A DNA stretch of 64,000 nucleotides from Octopus sinensis. Its lineage: Eukaryota. Positions 40,209-52,849 of the stretch are shown one piece after another; the stretch's first letter is position 1, and every line of letters starts with the position of its first letter. The stretch spans positions 50,158,001 through 50,222,000 of the forward strand of contig NC_043007.1 in NCBI RefSeq assembly GCF_006345805.1, written 5' to 3'. A model generated the notes under the pieces. The model saw only the letters and a list, made by a program, of their open reading frames with translations. It ran no database searches and was not told the DNA's origin. The position numbers and the translations under genes are program-made.

Positions 40209-40517
40209 TATAAGATGGGTAAGGCCGTTTTATGGGATTACATTAGGTTTCCCATCCAAAAATGTTTAGCTTTATGGCATATTGTCACATTCCAAGACCT
40301 GTTGGCTCAAATCTCTTTAAAATATGGCGGCACAGCCGGAATAATAAAGGGAGATAATCCCCAATTGTTACCTTTGTCTAGTAGGGCATTTCCTCCTCTA
40401 TATTTTTAAGAGGTCTTAGTCCAACAGGTTTTCTGCTGATAAGCCATTAAGCTAAACCCTTTATGGACGGGAAACCTAAGGTAATCCCATAAACTGGCCT
40501 TCCCCATTTTTAATATA
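40209..40517. mobile_element. MITE with about 120-bp imperfect terminal inverted repeats in a TA context
   Basis: 40209-40325 pairs with 40400-40517 (e.g. AAGGCCGTTTTATGGGATTACATTAGGTTTCCC versus GGGAAACCTAAGGTAATCCCATAAACTGGCCTT). Confidence 0.8.
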
Positions 40518-40569
40518 TACTGCTCTACAGTGTGCTTCTTCTTTCGGATTTATGCTTTTTATAGACAAG

Positions 40570-40611
<42 letters not shown>

Positions 40612-40612
<1 letters not shown>

Positions 40613-40773
40613 GCGCAGGAGTGATTGTGTGGTAAGTAGCTTGCTTACCAACCACATAGTTCCAGGTTCAGTTCCACTGCGTGGCACCTTAGACAAGTGT
40701 CTTCTTTATAACCTCGGGCCGACCAAAGTCTTGTGAATGGATTTAGTAGACGGAATTAAAAGATGCCCGTCGT
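40612..40773 (+). mobile_element. SINE family A, 5' half
   Basis: GGCGCAGGAGTG..TGTGTGGTAAGTAGCTTGC...GGTTCAGTTCCACTGCGTGGC. Confidence 0.88.
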
Positions 40774-40792
40774 ATATATATATATATATAAT

Positions 40793-40825
<33 letters not shown>

Positions 40826-40826
<1 letters not shown>

Positions 40827-40927
40827 GGGAGAATTTACGAAAAAAGCAAAAGACGAAGACAAACAGATGTATTAGTATAACGCTCAGGAATAGAAAAAGT
40901 CTTTTACGTTTCGAGCCTACGCTCTTC
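40826..40927 (-). mobile_element. Penelope-like pseudo-LTR fragment with truncated hammerhead
   Basis: Minus RNA ..GAA-GAGC-GUAG-GCUC-GAAA-CG-UA^AAAGAC; the 5' core and stem I are replaced by (GA)n. Confidence 0.5.
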
Positions 40928-40988
40928 TCTCTCTCTCTCTCTATTTATATATATATGTGTGTGTGGTGTGTATGTGTGTGTGTGTGTG

Positions 40989-41370
40989 TGCTGTGTGGTA
41001 AGTAGCTTGCTAACCAACGACATGGTTCCGGGTTCAGTCTCATCTTGTCTTCTGCTATAGCTCCGGGCCGACCAATGCCTTGTGAGTGGATTTGGTAGAC
41101 GGAAACTGAAAGAAACCTGTCGTATATATGTGTGTGTGTCTGTGTGTGGTGTGTGTGTGTGTGTGTGTGGTGTGTGTGTCTGTGTTGGTCCCCCTATCAT
41201 TGTTTGACAACCGATGCTGGTGTGTTTACGTCCCCGTCACCTAGCGGTTCGGCAAAAAGAGACCGATAGAATAAGTACTGGGCTTACAAAGAATAAGTCC
41301 CGGGGTCGATTTGCTCGTCTAAAGCGGGGCTCCAGCATGGCCGCAGTCAAATGACTGAAACAAGTAAAAG
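40989..41370 (+). mobile_element. SINE family A, near full length
   Basis: Highly similar to 58339-58740. Confidence 0.92.
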
Positions 41371-41404
41371 AAAAAGAAAGAAAGAAAAGAAAGAATATAT
41401 ATAT

Positions 41405-41446
<42 letters not shown>

Positions 41447-41654
41447 ATAGGATTAGCTCGTATACGAGTAGGTATATATTTGTAAAAAATGAAGTTCGAA
41501 AATGCTGCTATATTATACAATTTTTAATTTTTATATATACATTATGACATGTTTCCGGTCCTGAAATGAACCTTATCAAAAAAAGTTATATATAAAAAAA
41601 GACAGCTCATGCCATCAAACACAAGCAATTCATTTATAATACACAACGGAGTCA

Positions 41655-41693
<39 letters not shown>

Positions 41694-41704
41694 GTGTGTG
41701 TATA

Positions 41705-41860
41705 TGTTTGTCCCCGGAACTTAGCGGTTCAGCAAAAGACACCCATAGGGTAAGTACTAGACTTGCAAAGAATAGGTCCTGGGTTCGTCGATTTGTTCGT
41801 CTACAGGCGGTGCTCCAGCATGGTCGCAGTCAAATAACTGAAACGAATAAAAGAATAAAA
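41705..41860 (+). mobile_element. SINE family A, 3' half
   Basis: TTAGCGGTTCAGCAAAAGA...GGCGGTGCTCCAGCATGGTCGCAGTC. Confidence 0.85.
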
Positions 41861-41869
41861 GAATATATA

Positions 41870-41947
<78 letters not shown>

Positions 41948-42010
41948 ACTCACACACACACAGGCACATATATTCTTGATTTAAGCCGGTCCTGTAGCGT
42001 TTCTCTATAG

Positions 42011-42067
42011 AGTTTCCACGATGAACAATCACCTCTGCAGTCAAAATTACACTGGGCCCAGTGGAAA
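42011..42067 (+). CDS. Candidate coding exon of an unidentified host gene (57 nt)
   Basis: Acceptor TTTCTCTATAG, donor AAA|GTGAGT; open frame VSTMNNHLCSQNYTGPSG. Confidence 0.35.
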
Positions 42068-42547
42068 GTGAGTGCAAAAAATAGCTGCACAGTGTAGAAA
42101 CTGCAGAGTAACAGCCCACATGACAAGCTTTAGTATAACACTGAACTCTTAACTTGTATTGAGTGCACCTTACTCGGATCGTTATCCAGCGAATGATATA
42201 ATGTATATATGCACGCGCGCGTGGGTGCGCACGTGCGTGTGTGTGTGTGAGCTGTTGTGTGTGTGTTTTAACATATGTATACGTTTACAAATATATATAC
42301 ATATACATATATCATATGTTTGTGTGTGTATGCTTGTGTTTGTGTATGTGCATGTGTATATATGTGTATGTGTGCATGTGTGTATATAAGTTAGGTAACA
42401 TTTAAGCCAATCTCACATTCGGAAGTGTGACTTATGGGACGCAGCGTATATACAATACACAAAAACACCGATATTTTTATACACATACTTGCACAAACAC
42501 ACACACATATATATAAGTACATATGATTGGTATATATATATATATGT

Positions 42548-42628
<81 letters not shown>

Positions 42629-42934
42629 CACGTACAAATGATATAAACATATATACATATATATATATACAGATTTATATATATATATACATATACTATA
42701 TTATATATATTATATATATAATATATATATATATATATAATATATATATATATATATACACATGAGCGTACACGCACACAGACGTACGCACACACACACA
42801 TATACATAATATACATACACACCAATACAGATCAATTACACAACTGTATAAGTGTACAAGTGTGTGCATTTGTGTTTGTCTGTATGTCCGTGTATGTGCG
42901 TATGTATAATTTTGTTTACTTCCTATGTTTTCAG

Positions 42935-42999
42935 CGTAATCGGGATCGCCGTGGCATTCAGCGATGCGAACTTCATCTATTTTGTGACATCCGCCTCAC
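42935..42999 (+). CDS. Candidate coding exon (65 nt, phase 2 to 1)
   Basis: Acceptor TTTGTTTACTTCCTATGTTTTCAG, donor CAC|GTGCGT; reads VIGIAVAFSDANFIYFVTSAS; GC-richer island between microsatellites. Confidence 0.35.
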
Positions 43000-43508
43000 G
43001 TGCGTTGTTACTACTCACCAGATGTCACAGTTGAAACTTGCGCGCCCAACACGTCATTAGACACACACACAACACACACACACACACACACACACCACAC
43101 ATACATACACACGCACATACATACATACATACATACACACGCACACATACATACATACACACATGCATACAAACATACATACATACATACATACATACAT
43201 ACATACATACATGCACACATACATACATACATACACACGCATGCCCACACACACGCACACATGACACACACACAAACACACCTATGCACGCACATACACG
43301 CACACTTGCAGAGAGAGAGAGAGAGGGAGAGAGGGAGAGAAGGAGAGATATAGATATAGATATACATATATAGATAGATAGATATATACACGCACACACA
43401 TATTTACTCACATAATTGTGTGTATATATATCGTTGTGTTTGGGGAGAGTCATTCTGTTGTAATGCCCTATTAATTAACACACCGCGTATATATGTATAC
43501 ATACATGG

Positions 43509-43539
<31 letters not shown>

Positions 43540-43975
43540 TGTAAGTATATGTATTTATGTAAACATGTGTGTAAATACATATACATACATATGTGTGTAT
43601 ATGTATGCGTGTAGGCATACTGCTATTGATATTTTGCAAAACAAGTTATACTTTTTAAATATTATCGCCATACATTCGTTTTCTCTATATTTTCTCATTA
43701 TTAACTTATTGATATGTACATAGTTTATGTATGTGTATTTCTGTGAGTGTGTATATTTGTGTGTGTGTGTGGCATGTCATATCGCAAATCCTTACTGGAC
43801 GCTTTTGCACAAGTTCTCCTTGTGTGGGCGACTAAACTAATTCTAGTCTGGGCGGAGGAAGGTAGTAATAATAATAATAAAATATTCTCTTCAATGTATT
43901 TCCGATCTTAATGTATTCCACTTTACATCTCACCCATATCCCTAATTAGGTTATTACGCTATATTTGCCTCTCAG

Positions 43976-44173
43976 CTGACCTAATATCACCATTAGTCGA
44001 ATTGCCAGTACCTATAAAATCACTCCATAAAGAATTTGTTGCCAAATATAGCTTCCAAATCTTTCACAAATCGCACCATACAGTCCTTAAAACAGGGAAG
44101 GAGACGTTGGTTAATGGTATCAAAGTTGTGAAAAACAAATCAGGCAGGATGGTTAGAACCGGAATGGATTTTG
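43976..44173 (+). CDS. Candidate coding exon (198 nt, phase 1 to 1)
   Basis: Acceptor TTTGCCTCTCAG, donor TTG|GTAAGA; 66 codons without a stop: DLISPLVELPVPIKSLHKEFVAKYSFQIFHKSHHTVLKTGKETLVNGIKVVKNKSGRMVRTGMDF. Confidence 0.5.
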
Positions 44174-44320
44174 GTAAGAGAATTTGTACGCAATGTGTGG
44201 CATGAAAGTTCTACTGAGTAGAATGAGTATACATATGTGAGCAACAAACTCAGAGTATCTAAGACCTGAATCAACAGCTGCAGACAGTTACACACACACA
44301 TACTCACACATACACACACG

Positions 44321-44374
<54 letters not shown>

Positions 44375-45069
44375 TACATTTATACATGTGTGTGTATGTA
44401 TATATGTATGTGCGTATGTGTGTGTACATGCGTGATGTATGTATATATATATACACTCGGCAAGAATGAAATGGAGGGGAGAGGGGATCCATAGGTGGTA
44501 TGCATCAACTGTTAGACATTATATTATGTCCATTTATTTATTTTAAACAATTATGAGAATATATGTACATGTGTAAAGACTGTGTTTTACATATATAAAG
44601 TCCCAGTAATTTCTAGAAGAGAGAAAGATCAATTTCTTACAGCTGATTTTGCCAAGAGGTCACAGTACCCCACATATTATTTCCATCTTTTCAGTGTACT
44701 GTAATGATTGGTAGATAAAATTAGGGTACTCGGGTGTGCCTCTAGGCTTAATCAGAGAATTTAGAATATGGTCTAAAAAGTTCAGAGGGGTAATTTATGT
44801 ATATATAAATATACATATACACACTCACATATATATACAGACATACATATATACACATATATATATATATATATGAGTGTATTTTCCCTCGTTAACAATT
44901 AACACGGTAAAATAGATAAAGAGTTACCAGGGTAGCAAAAAATCACACAAGTAAAGAGGTTGTAACTCCTTGTTTTTAAAGGTAGAAACTTCGGGTTTAC
45001 ATAGAATTTTTTGTATAATATATAAATAAATAAATGGAGTTTAACGCAGGTATAATTCAAATACTTTTA

Positions 45070-45154
45070 CTTCCGACACTTGTTTCGAAGATTTCACTGA
45101 TATTATTCAAAAGAATAAATGGTGTGAAGCAATGTAATCTTCTCTTCAGGGAGG
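45070..45154 (-). ncRNA. Minimal type I hammerhead ribozyme with a long stem II loop
   Basis: Minus RNA CCUCC-CUGAAGA-GAAGAUU-(42 nt)-AAUCUUC-GAA-AC-aagu-GU-C^GGAAG; 7-bp stem II, GUC triplet, stem I pairs at 4 of 5 positions. Confidence 0.72.
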
Positions 45155-45379
45155 TGAAGAAATGAAACTCGTTAATAAGACATTTTAACAGAAAATGATG
45201 GATATGTATAGTGATTTACTGAACGCTATTAATATTGTTTGAAAAAACGTTATATGATATAACGTCAGAAGTAGCTTATAGAAAGAGGAGAGATATGTTT
45301 TTAGTGAATGTTAAATATAAAAAGAAAATTAATGTTTAAATTATATATAATGACAGAGATTACTTATATGAACTAAAGG

Positions 45380-46040
45380 TATACACGCTCTATAACCGTG
45401 TTTACTAGAGGATTTTTAGAAAAAATAATGAAAAATAGTTCAGAATTACAGAGAAGACAGAATTCCTTGTCTTTGTCATAAGGTAACGAGATTTAGAGAA
45501 TCAACCATTCTAAATTAAATTGTTCATTGTTGTCTTTTAGGTCCCAAATTAATTTACTGAGCCCAGTACTGTTACGTTTATTCCTATCCCTAAATGTTGA
45601 GTAATGGATAGCAATTCTTTTAGATAACTCTAACGACGTGCTTCCAATGTAAAATCGTACTTTATTACGAGTACTGATTATACACTGGTATAAAGAATTT
45701 TTGATTTTAGAGTTACTTGACAAAAACTTAATTCCGTTGGAATTGACTTCAGATACAATAACCTTGTTATTAATATTTCTAAAGGGATGGATCATATTAG
45801 CTAAATTAATGTTAGTATTAGTAAATGTATTCATATTTAACAGGTTGTTATTATGTGAAGAAATAATTTGTAAGAGATTTTTTGTGTTGGAAAAACCAAT
45901 CCTAACCGTATGTGAATTGATAATAGAGTAATACCAAGAATTCTTTGGAAAATTCCTAACAATAGCTTGACGAAATTGCAATGGGAGATTAGATGTAATT
46001 TGTTTCTCGTATGGAAGAATGAACCAGATATTTTTACTAC
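45380..46040 (-). pseudogene. GIY-YIG endonuclease domain of a Penelope-like element
   Basis: IINSHTVRIGFSNTKNLLQIISSHN, LYQC...FYIGST...KRIAIHYSTF...NSTGLSKLIWDLK...LEWLIL, then after a frameshift PYDKDKEFCLLCNSE. Confidence 0.88.
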
Positions 46041-46142
46041 TATTTATCTTATTTTTAGTGTAATTATTTTTGAGTCTTACACTTACTTTTAGAATAATGT
46101 GTCGGAAGTAAAAGTATTTGAATTATACCTGTGTTAAACTCC

Positions 46143-46214
<72 letters not shown>

Positions 46215-46760
46215 GTGAGTGTGTGCGTGTGCATGTGTGTGTGTGTAGGTAAATGGATATGTAAAGAAACAGATAGATATGCAGATAGATAGGTACATAG
46301 CTAATAAGGACAGATAAGCACACACACAAAGATACACACACAAACGCAGAAACATGAAAACACAAACACAGGAATATGCAGAAGACATACATACAAATGT
46401 ACTCACACGCATACATATATATATATGCATACACACACACGCATACATACAAACACATACACATACATACATACATACATACATACATATGTGTATACAC
46501 AAGCACACTGATGCACACATACGCGCACAATCAAACAAAAAGAACGCAATTTCGATAACGGACAGAGTCAACGACTATCGAAGAGGTTGCAAGAAGCAAC
46601 GAAAAATTTAGAAATAAGGAAATGAGTGGAAATCGAACCGGTGAGTGTGTTAACTAATGACCAATTAAAACAGGATGACTCTCCCCAGACACAATAAAGT
46701 ATACTTTCAATACACGAATTCACGTAAAGATTCTTGCAAACCCCAATACAAAAGAACGAA

Positions 46761-46808
<48 letters not shown>

Positions 46809-47322
46809 TTATAACATAGAGAGAGAGAGAGGAGAGGAGAGAGAGAGAGAGAGAGAAGTTATATTAAATCTCTGTGCGAGAGATAAACAGTAACAGTACG
46901 AAATCGTAAAATATATTTGCCAACTAAATGCGTGGTCCTATAGAGGACAGTGTTACTGTTGTTTTTAGCCCCAGTAAGACATCTCCTCCAGCTGGCCAAC
47001 GACACAGTCTGTGTCCGACTAGTATTTGCGAGAGAGGTCATTGATCCCATCTCTAGCCTTGCGTGATACACACAGACCCAGGTTTCTGAGTGGTTACACG
47101 TCTTCGGTGTGTGTTAATCATTGGCTACTGATAAAGAACTCATTCCAGTCGCAAAATACTATATCCTTTTTCTAGCGACACATTGTCGCTGATCTCGTAA
47201 AAAGAGAGATAAGATATATTAAATCTCTGAGCGAGAGATAAACAGTACGTAATCGTAAAATATATTTGCCAACTAAATATGGTGGTCCTATAGAGGACGG
47301 TGTTACTGTTGTTTTAGCTTCA

Positions 47323-47422
47323 NNNNNNNNNNNNNNNNNNNNNNNNNNNNNNNNNNNNNNNNNNNNNNNNNNNNNNNNNNNNNNNNNNNNNNNNNNNNNN
47401 NNNNNNNNNNNNNNNNNNNNNN
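47323..47422. other. Assembly gap (100 N)
   Basis: Run of exactly 100 N. Confidence 1.
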
Positions 47423-47692
47423 TGTACATAGATACATATATACAAGCAGACATATATACATATATATACCTAGATACATATATATATATATACATATATA
47501 TATATGTGTGTGTGTATGTATATATATATGCATATATACATATATATGCATATGCATACATACATACACACACACAAATATATATATGTTCACGTATGCA
47601 AACACAAACAAATATTACGTACGTACACAACTGTTTAGTATGCATGTACGTATGTAATACTAACACACACAGACGCTGACACACACATAAGA

Positions 47693-47764
<72 letters not shown>

Positions 47765-48968
47765 CATGTGAATGTATATGTGTACAAAATACACGGGAGA
47801 AAAGTAAGAAATTTTAGAATATTACAGAATTTGATGAAAACTTAGCTTTCGTATATGCATATATGTTTGCGAGTGTGTGCCCCCTCTCTCTGTCTCTCGC
47901 TTTCTCTCACTCACTCATATATATAGATATATATATATATTATATATAATTATATATATATATATATATATAGTGGGGTCCTTTAACGATTTCTACTTCC
48001 TCATCAGAGATATTTCACTTGAAGGTCTGTGTTATTGGTGATGTCGTTGGAGTCGGCGCCATGGCTAAGATTTTTCTTAACATTATCCTGTAACAGATAG
48101 ACGTCCTGTGCACTTTTGATGTCTTCTTCTGTTATGATACATAACGTTATTACAGATAGTACCAGTTTGTTTTATTTTTATTTTTAACTTCATTTAACAT
48201 AACCATTACTTCAAATATGTATGTGTGTGTATATTAGTGTATGCATATACATCTATATAAATATATATACGCGTGCGTGTTTTTGTGTGTGTATGTGTAA
48301 TGTTCCTTTGCAATTTAAACTGCTGCTGCCCTTGGTATTTTTTTCTTTTTGTTTCTATTACTGTCTTGTTTGTGGGTTCTTTCACGTTTTAATTTATGTT
48401 CTTTTTTGTATGTTTTGCAGCCTAACTAGTTTCTGCTATTTCAGGGTGTGTCTATACATGTTGTCCAACTTTATGCATTAATAATAAATTGGCATGAACA
48501 GAAAAAAAAATCATATTACATCTATAATAACAACGACAATGACGTCGACTTCAACAAAAACGGCATTACATCCATCACTACCACCGCCGCCATACCACCA
48601 CCACCACCACAACCACCAACACCACCACCAACAACAACAACGACGACAACAACAACAACAACAACAACGACGACAACCACCACCACCACCACCACCACCA
48701 CAACCACCACTGCAACAGCGTCAATAATATCGCCTTTTACGGTTTCCTACCCCAAATTTCATGTTTTCAAAATTATTAAATTTTCATTTATCTTTCATTT
48801 AATTACGAAAACGCAGTACACCCATATATATATGAGAGAGAGGGGGGTAGAGAGAGAGAAAGACAGACCTATTAGTCAGATACACAGACAGACACGGCAT
48901 ATGGATTTATAACATATATACATACATATGTACATATAAATACATAAATATATATATTATATATATAT

Positions 48969-49000
<32 letters not shown>

Positions 49001-49349
49001 ATATATATACTTGTGTAATGTGTGTATAATATAAGAGTGTAAGTTTGTTGAAATAATCATACCATTGATGTCCAGAACTGATAACAGGTTTTGTTGTATA
49101 AATCCTTCTAGGTGTCGAAACTCCCGTCTGTAGAGACGTAAACTTACCAATATTTTGGTAACTTAGTTGCCTTTATTCATCAAGAAACAACAAAAGCCGG
49201 CAAGCAGCAAGCAGCACTGTCTGAAATCACCTTTCTGTCAGTTCTTTAATTCCACGTAGATAACAATTCTTTGCCTTCGAGGCGAAGAACTCCTTCCCTG
49301 AAGTTTCCATATCCGCTTGGTTTATGAAATGCCCTGAGCGAACAAGTTA

Positions 49350-49900
49350 AAATCCAAGGGAGCTAGGTCACAAACACACATAACCTAGCACGGTGGACAT
49401 CTACCCAATAGTCCCTTTTTAACCACCCCAATATATTACTTGACACATATTGTACCCCTACACACACTCTATGCATACATAAATGCTCCATAAATTTAAC
49501 CAAAATATAAAAGAAAGAAAACACACTAACGAACACGCAAATGCGTATGCGGCCTTTGGGTACCCCTCCCCACGAAAACGCTGCACATATCATACCACTA
49601 TGCACCATCCATTTCTAAAAGAAAACTAACCTTAATAATACACACATTTCCCATACACTCTTTTCCAGAAAACTTTTGTCACCTGGCAACAAGGTACCAA
49701 GGGACATAACTCTCAACTGAACTCTTTCTCGTTTCGTTTGATCATCTCTTTCACAGCAACCACAAACCGGATGTGTCACTTCCACTAATAGAGAGCAGTC
49801 GCCATATTTCATTCCATAACGGTCATCACTGTAGAGCTCGGGGTTATATAATCTGTCTTTTACCTAACACTCTGTTGAACCTCTTGAACCTCTAGCGTAA
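49350..49900 (-). mobile_element. Possible Tx1/L1-clade LINE 3' remnant
   Basis: Minus EKSVWEM...VFF*KWMV resembles the Tx1 C-terminal AKxxIW...FxxRW; weak. Confidence 0.3.
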
Positions 49901-50000
49901 AACCGATCGGCAAGATCGGCCGCAACGGATACTTAGTACTGTTCGCTTCGATTAGTATATCTTATTAATATATGAAACAACTAAAAGACTATATACATAA

Positions 50001-50162
50001 GCGCAAGCGTGGATCTGTTGTAAGAAGCTTGCCTCCCAACCACATGGTTCCAGGTTCAGTCCCACTTCGTGGAACCTTGGGCAAGTGTCTTCTAATATAG
50101 CCTCGGGCCGACCAAAGTATTCTGAGTGGATTTGGTAAACGGAAACTGAAAGAAGCCCGTCG

Positions 50163-50207
<45 letters not shown>

Positions 50208-50415
50208 TTGTCACTCCATCACCTCTTGATAACCAATGTTGGTGTGCTTACGTCCCCGTAACCTACCGATTCGGCAAAAGACCCCTATAGATAAAGTAGT
50301 AGGCTTAAGAAATAAGTACTGGGATTGATTTGTTCGACTAAAACCGCTTCAAGGTGGTGCTGCAATATGGTCGCAGTCTAATGACTGAACCAATTAAATG
50401 AATAAAAGAATAAAA
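50001..50415 (+). mobile_element. SINE family A, full length, diverged
   Basis: CCACATGGTTCCAGGTTCAGTCCCACT...CTTGGGCAAGTGTCTT...GCAATATGGTCGCAGTC. Confidence 0.88.
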
Positions 50416-51004
50416 GTACATAAGACTATACTTACAAAATATCAGATTCTTGACACTTTTGTACAACTTATCAACAAAACAAGTTGAATAAACTTTAAGT
50501 GTATCCGTACTCCTGTGCGTGCTTCTCTGTCTGTGAATATGTGTGCGTGTGTGTATTTGACGTAGTTTTGTGTGTGTGCGTGTGGGTGATTCACATATGC
50601 GATATACGCGTATGTATGTCTGTGTATGCGTGTGTGTGTGTGCGTGTGTGTCTGTGAGTGTGTGTTTGTGTGTCTGTGTCTACTAATAGAAGAAATCGGT
50701 TAAAAAAATCCCAGAATATTTTAATCAATTCAGTCGATGCCGGCAAAATATTTTTGCGATAGAGTCAATAATAAAGAGTTCTCTTACTGTCAAACATTAA
50801 CCTGGATAAATGAACGCTCGTTAGTCTATGTCCTCACCTCTTTTTTCACCCAATCTAACTTTCTATGACGCATGTAAATACTATAGATCTACTTGACTAG
50901 AGCTTACCTGAGGCTAAGCCACAAACAGCAACGTCAGTTTAGCAGATCAAGGCGGTCCATAACTACATAACAATAACAAGAAAAATAAAGGAACTGAGAA
51001 ATGG

Positions 51005-51179
51005 GAAGAAGAAGAAGAAGAAGAAGAAGAAGAAGAGGAGGAGGAGGAGGAGGAGGAAGAAGAAGAAGAAAAACATGAAGAATGGGGGAGGAGGGGGAAG
51101 AAGAAGAAGAAGAAGAAGAAGAAGAAGAGAAGAAGAAGAAGAAGAAGAAGAAGAGAAGAAGAAGAAGAAGAAGAAGAAG
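51005..51179. repeat. (GAA)n/(GAG)n polypurine tract
   Basis: Directly visible. Confidence 0.96.
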
Positions 51180-52426
51180 TAGTAGTGGTGGTGGTGAAGG
51201 AGGAATAATACATGTCTGACTGCCGATGTATGAATCGTTAGATTCATATATCGGCTCTCAAATTTCGGCAGTAAAGTCCATACCAAATTAGAAGCTGATG
51301 ATGCACTCGTAATAACAAACTGGAGGGAATTCATAAATTTCAGAAAAGAAAGCAAAATATTGATAAAATAAAGTAGAACTAAAACATTTAAACATGAAAT
51401 TTCGCCAAATCATAGTTGACAACTCCATTCTGACATGCAAGATCAAATAAGGATAAGTCTTGGGTTCAGTTTGAGCTGTTAATTACCTAATCCTACCCCA
51501 GGCAATATGTGACTGAGTGAAAAATCTAACAAAGAAATTTAAAATTAATTACAGAAATATTATAATTTCCCATAGAAAATTTAAAAGTGATATCGGAATG
51601 TACTGACTTTTTGTGTCTCGGGTCAAATATTTACACTGCAAAGGAGTCGCTCCGTTACATCGCATGTAAACGATGTTGAAATATAAACATGTATCTCAGT
51701 ATACATACCATAAAATAAGGATATGACAATCACCATTAAAGGTTGTTGGCAACGCAGCCTCAAAGACGTAGCCGTGATGGATGCGTCGAGTAACCTGATA
51801 AGCATGTATGTATGTATGTATGTATGTATGTATGTATGTATGTATGTATGTATGTATGTATGTATGTATGTATGTATGTGTGTATGTATGTGTGTATGTA
51901 TGTATGTGTGCCTTAACGTATATACGACTGTGTGCGTGTGTATGTAGGTGCATGTTTATGCATGATGTATGTATATATAACTTTCCATTCATAAAAACAT
52001 GTAAATTAACATAAATACGTATTACACACGTTTTGCATGTGTCGGTGCATAGCTGCTACATCCCTATGTTTAAATGCACAGTATGGAAATAACACTGCAG
52101 AATTACTCGACACTTGATGAAGCCACTATCCGATGTTTTGTTATTTCTCACGGGAATCAAGATATTTTTCTGTTTGTAATTTGAAAAAGAAATATTTATT
52201 CTAACCGATTTTATTTAGCATAATTGTTGTATATAGTCTACTTAGATATCAATGTGTGTGTAGACACAAACTCGATCTCGGAGACAGATACACATCTATT
52301 GGTGCATACACACACATACATACATACATACATACATACATACATACATACATACATACATACATACATACATACATGCGTGCATGCGTGCGTGCGTGTG
52401 TGTGTATGTGTGTGTATGTGTGTGTT

Positions 52427-52488
<62 letters not shown>

Positions 52489-52499
52489 GTGTGTGTGTG

Positions 52500-52530
<31 letters not shown>

Positions 52531-52779
52531 CGTATCTATGTTTAATTAGAAATTTCAAGATTTCTGTATTTGATCTTCTCTACTTATCAGAGAAATCGAG
52601 ACAGGCAACACACGCCATTATCGGATTTATCATTTCTTCTAGCAGCAGGAACGAATTATATCAAAGAACCTTCATATTGATATTTGATCAGTACAGTTTT
52701 ATTATTATTATTATTATTGTTGTTGTTCTTGTTGTTGTTGTTATCATTATTATTATTATCATTATTATTATTATTATTA

Positions 52780-52826
<47 letters not shown>

Positions 52827-52849
52827 TATTATTATTATTATTATCATCA

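Larger units (their letters stand above)
44880..46147 (-). mobile_element. 5'-truncated Penelope-like element: GIY-YIG region, 3' pseudo-LTR and inverted 5' pLTR piece
   Basis: GIY-YIG coding region, hammerhead motif, and 46099-46147 as the reverse complement of 45031-45079 with one mismatch. Confidence 0.88.

Noticed and set aside
42983-43029. LTR end plus PBS (TGTGACA-TC-TGGTG on the minus strand)
   Set aside because: No second LTR or gag/pol; better explained as a short inverted repeat within an exon candidate
46566-46640. Phase 1-1 exon candidate STTIEEVARSNEKFRNKEMSGNRT with a GTGAGT donor
   Set aside because: The acceptor lacks a pyrimidine tract; too weak to call
47985-48010. CUGAUGAGGAAGUAGAAAUCGUU on the minus strand
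   Set aside because: Stem II cannot pair and stem I is absent; at most a decayed relic
48448-48912. Mucin-like Pro/Thr-rich ORF
   Set aside because: It is a compound (CCA)/(CAA)/(CGA)n microsatellite with no splice or codon support
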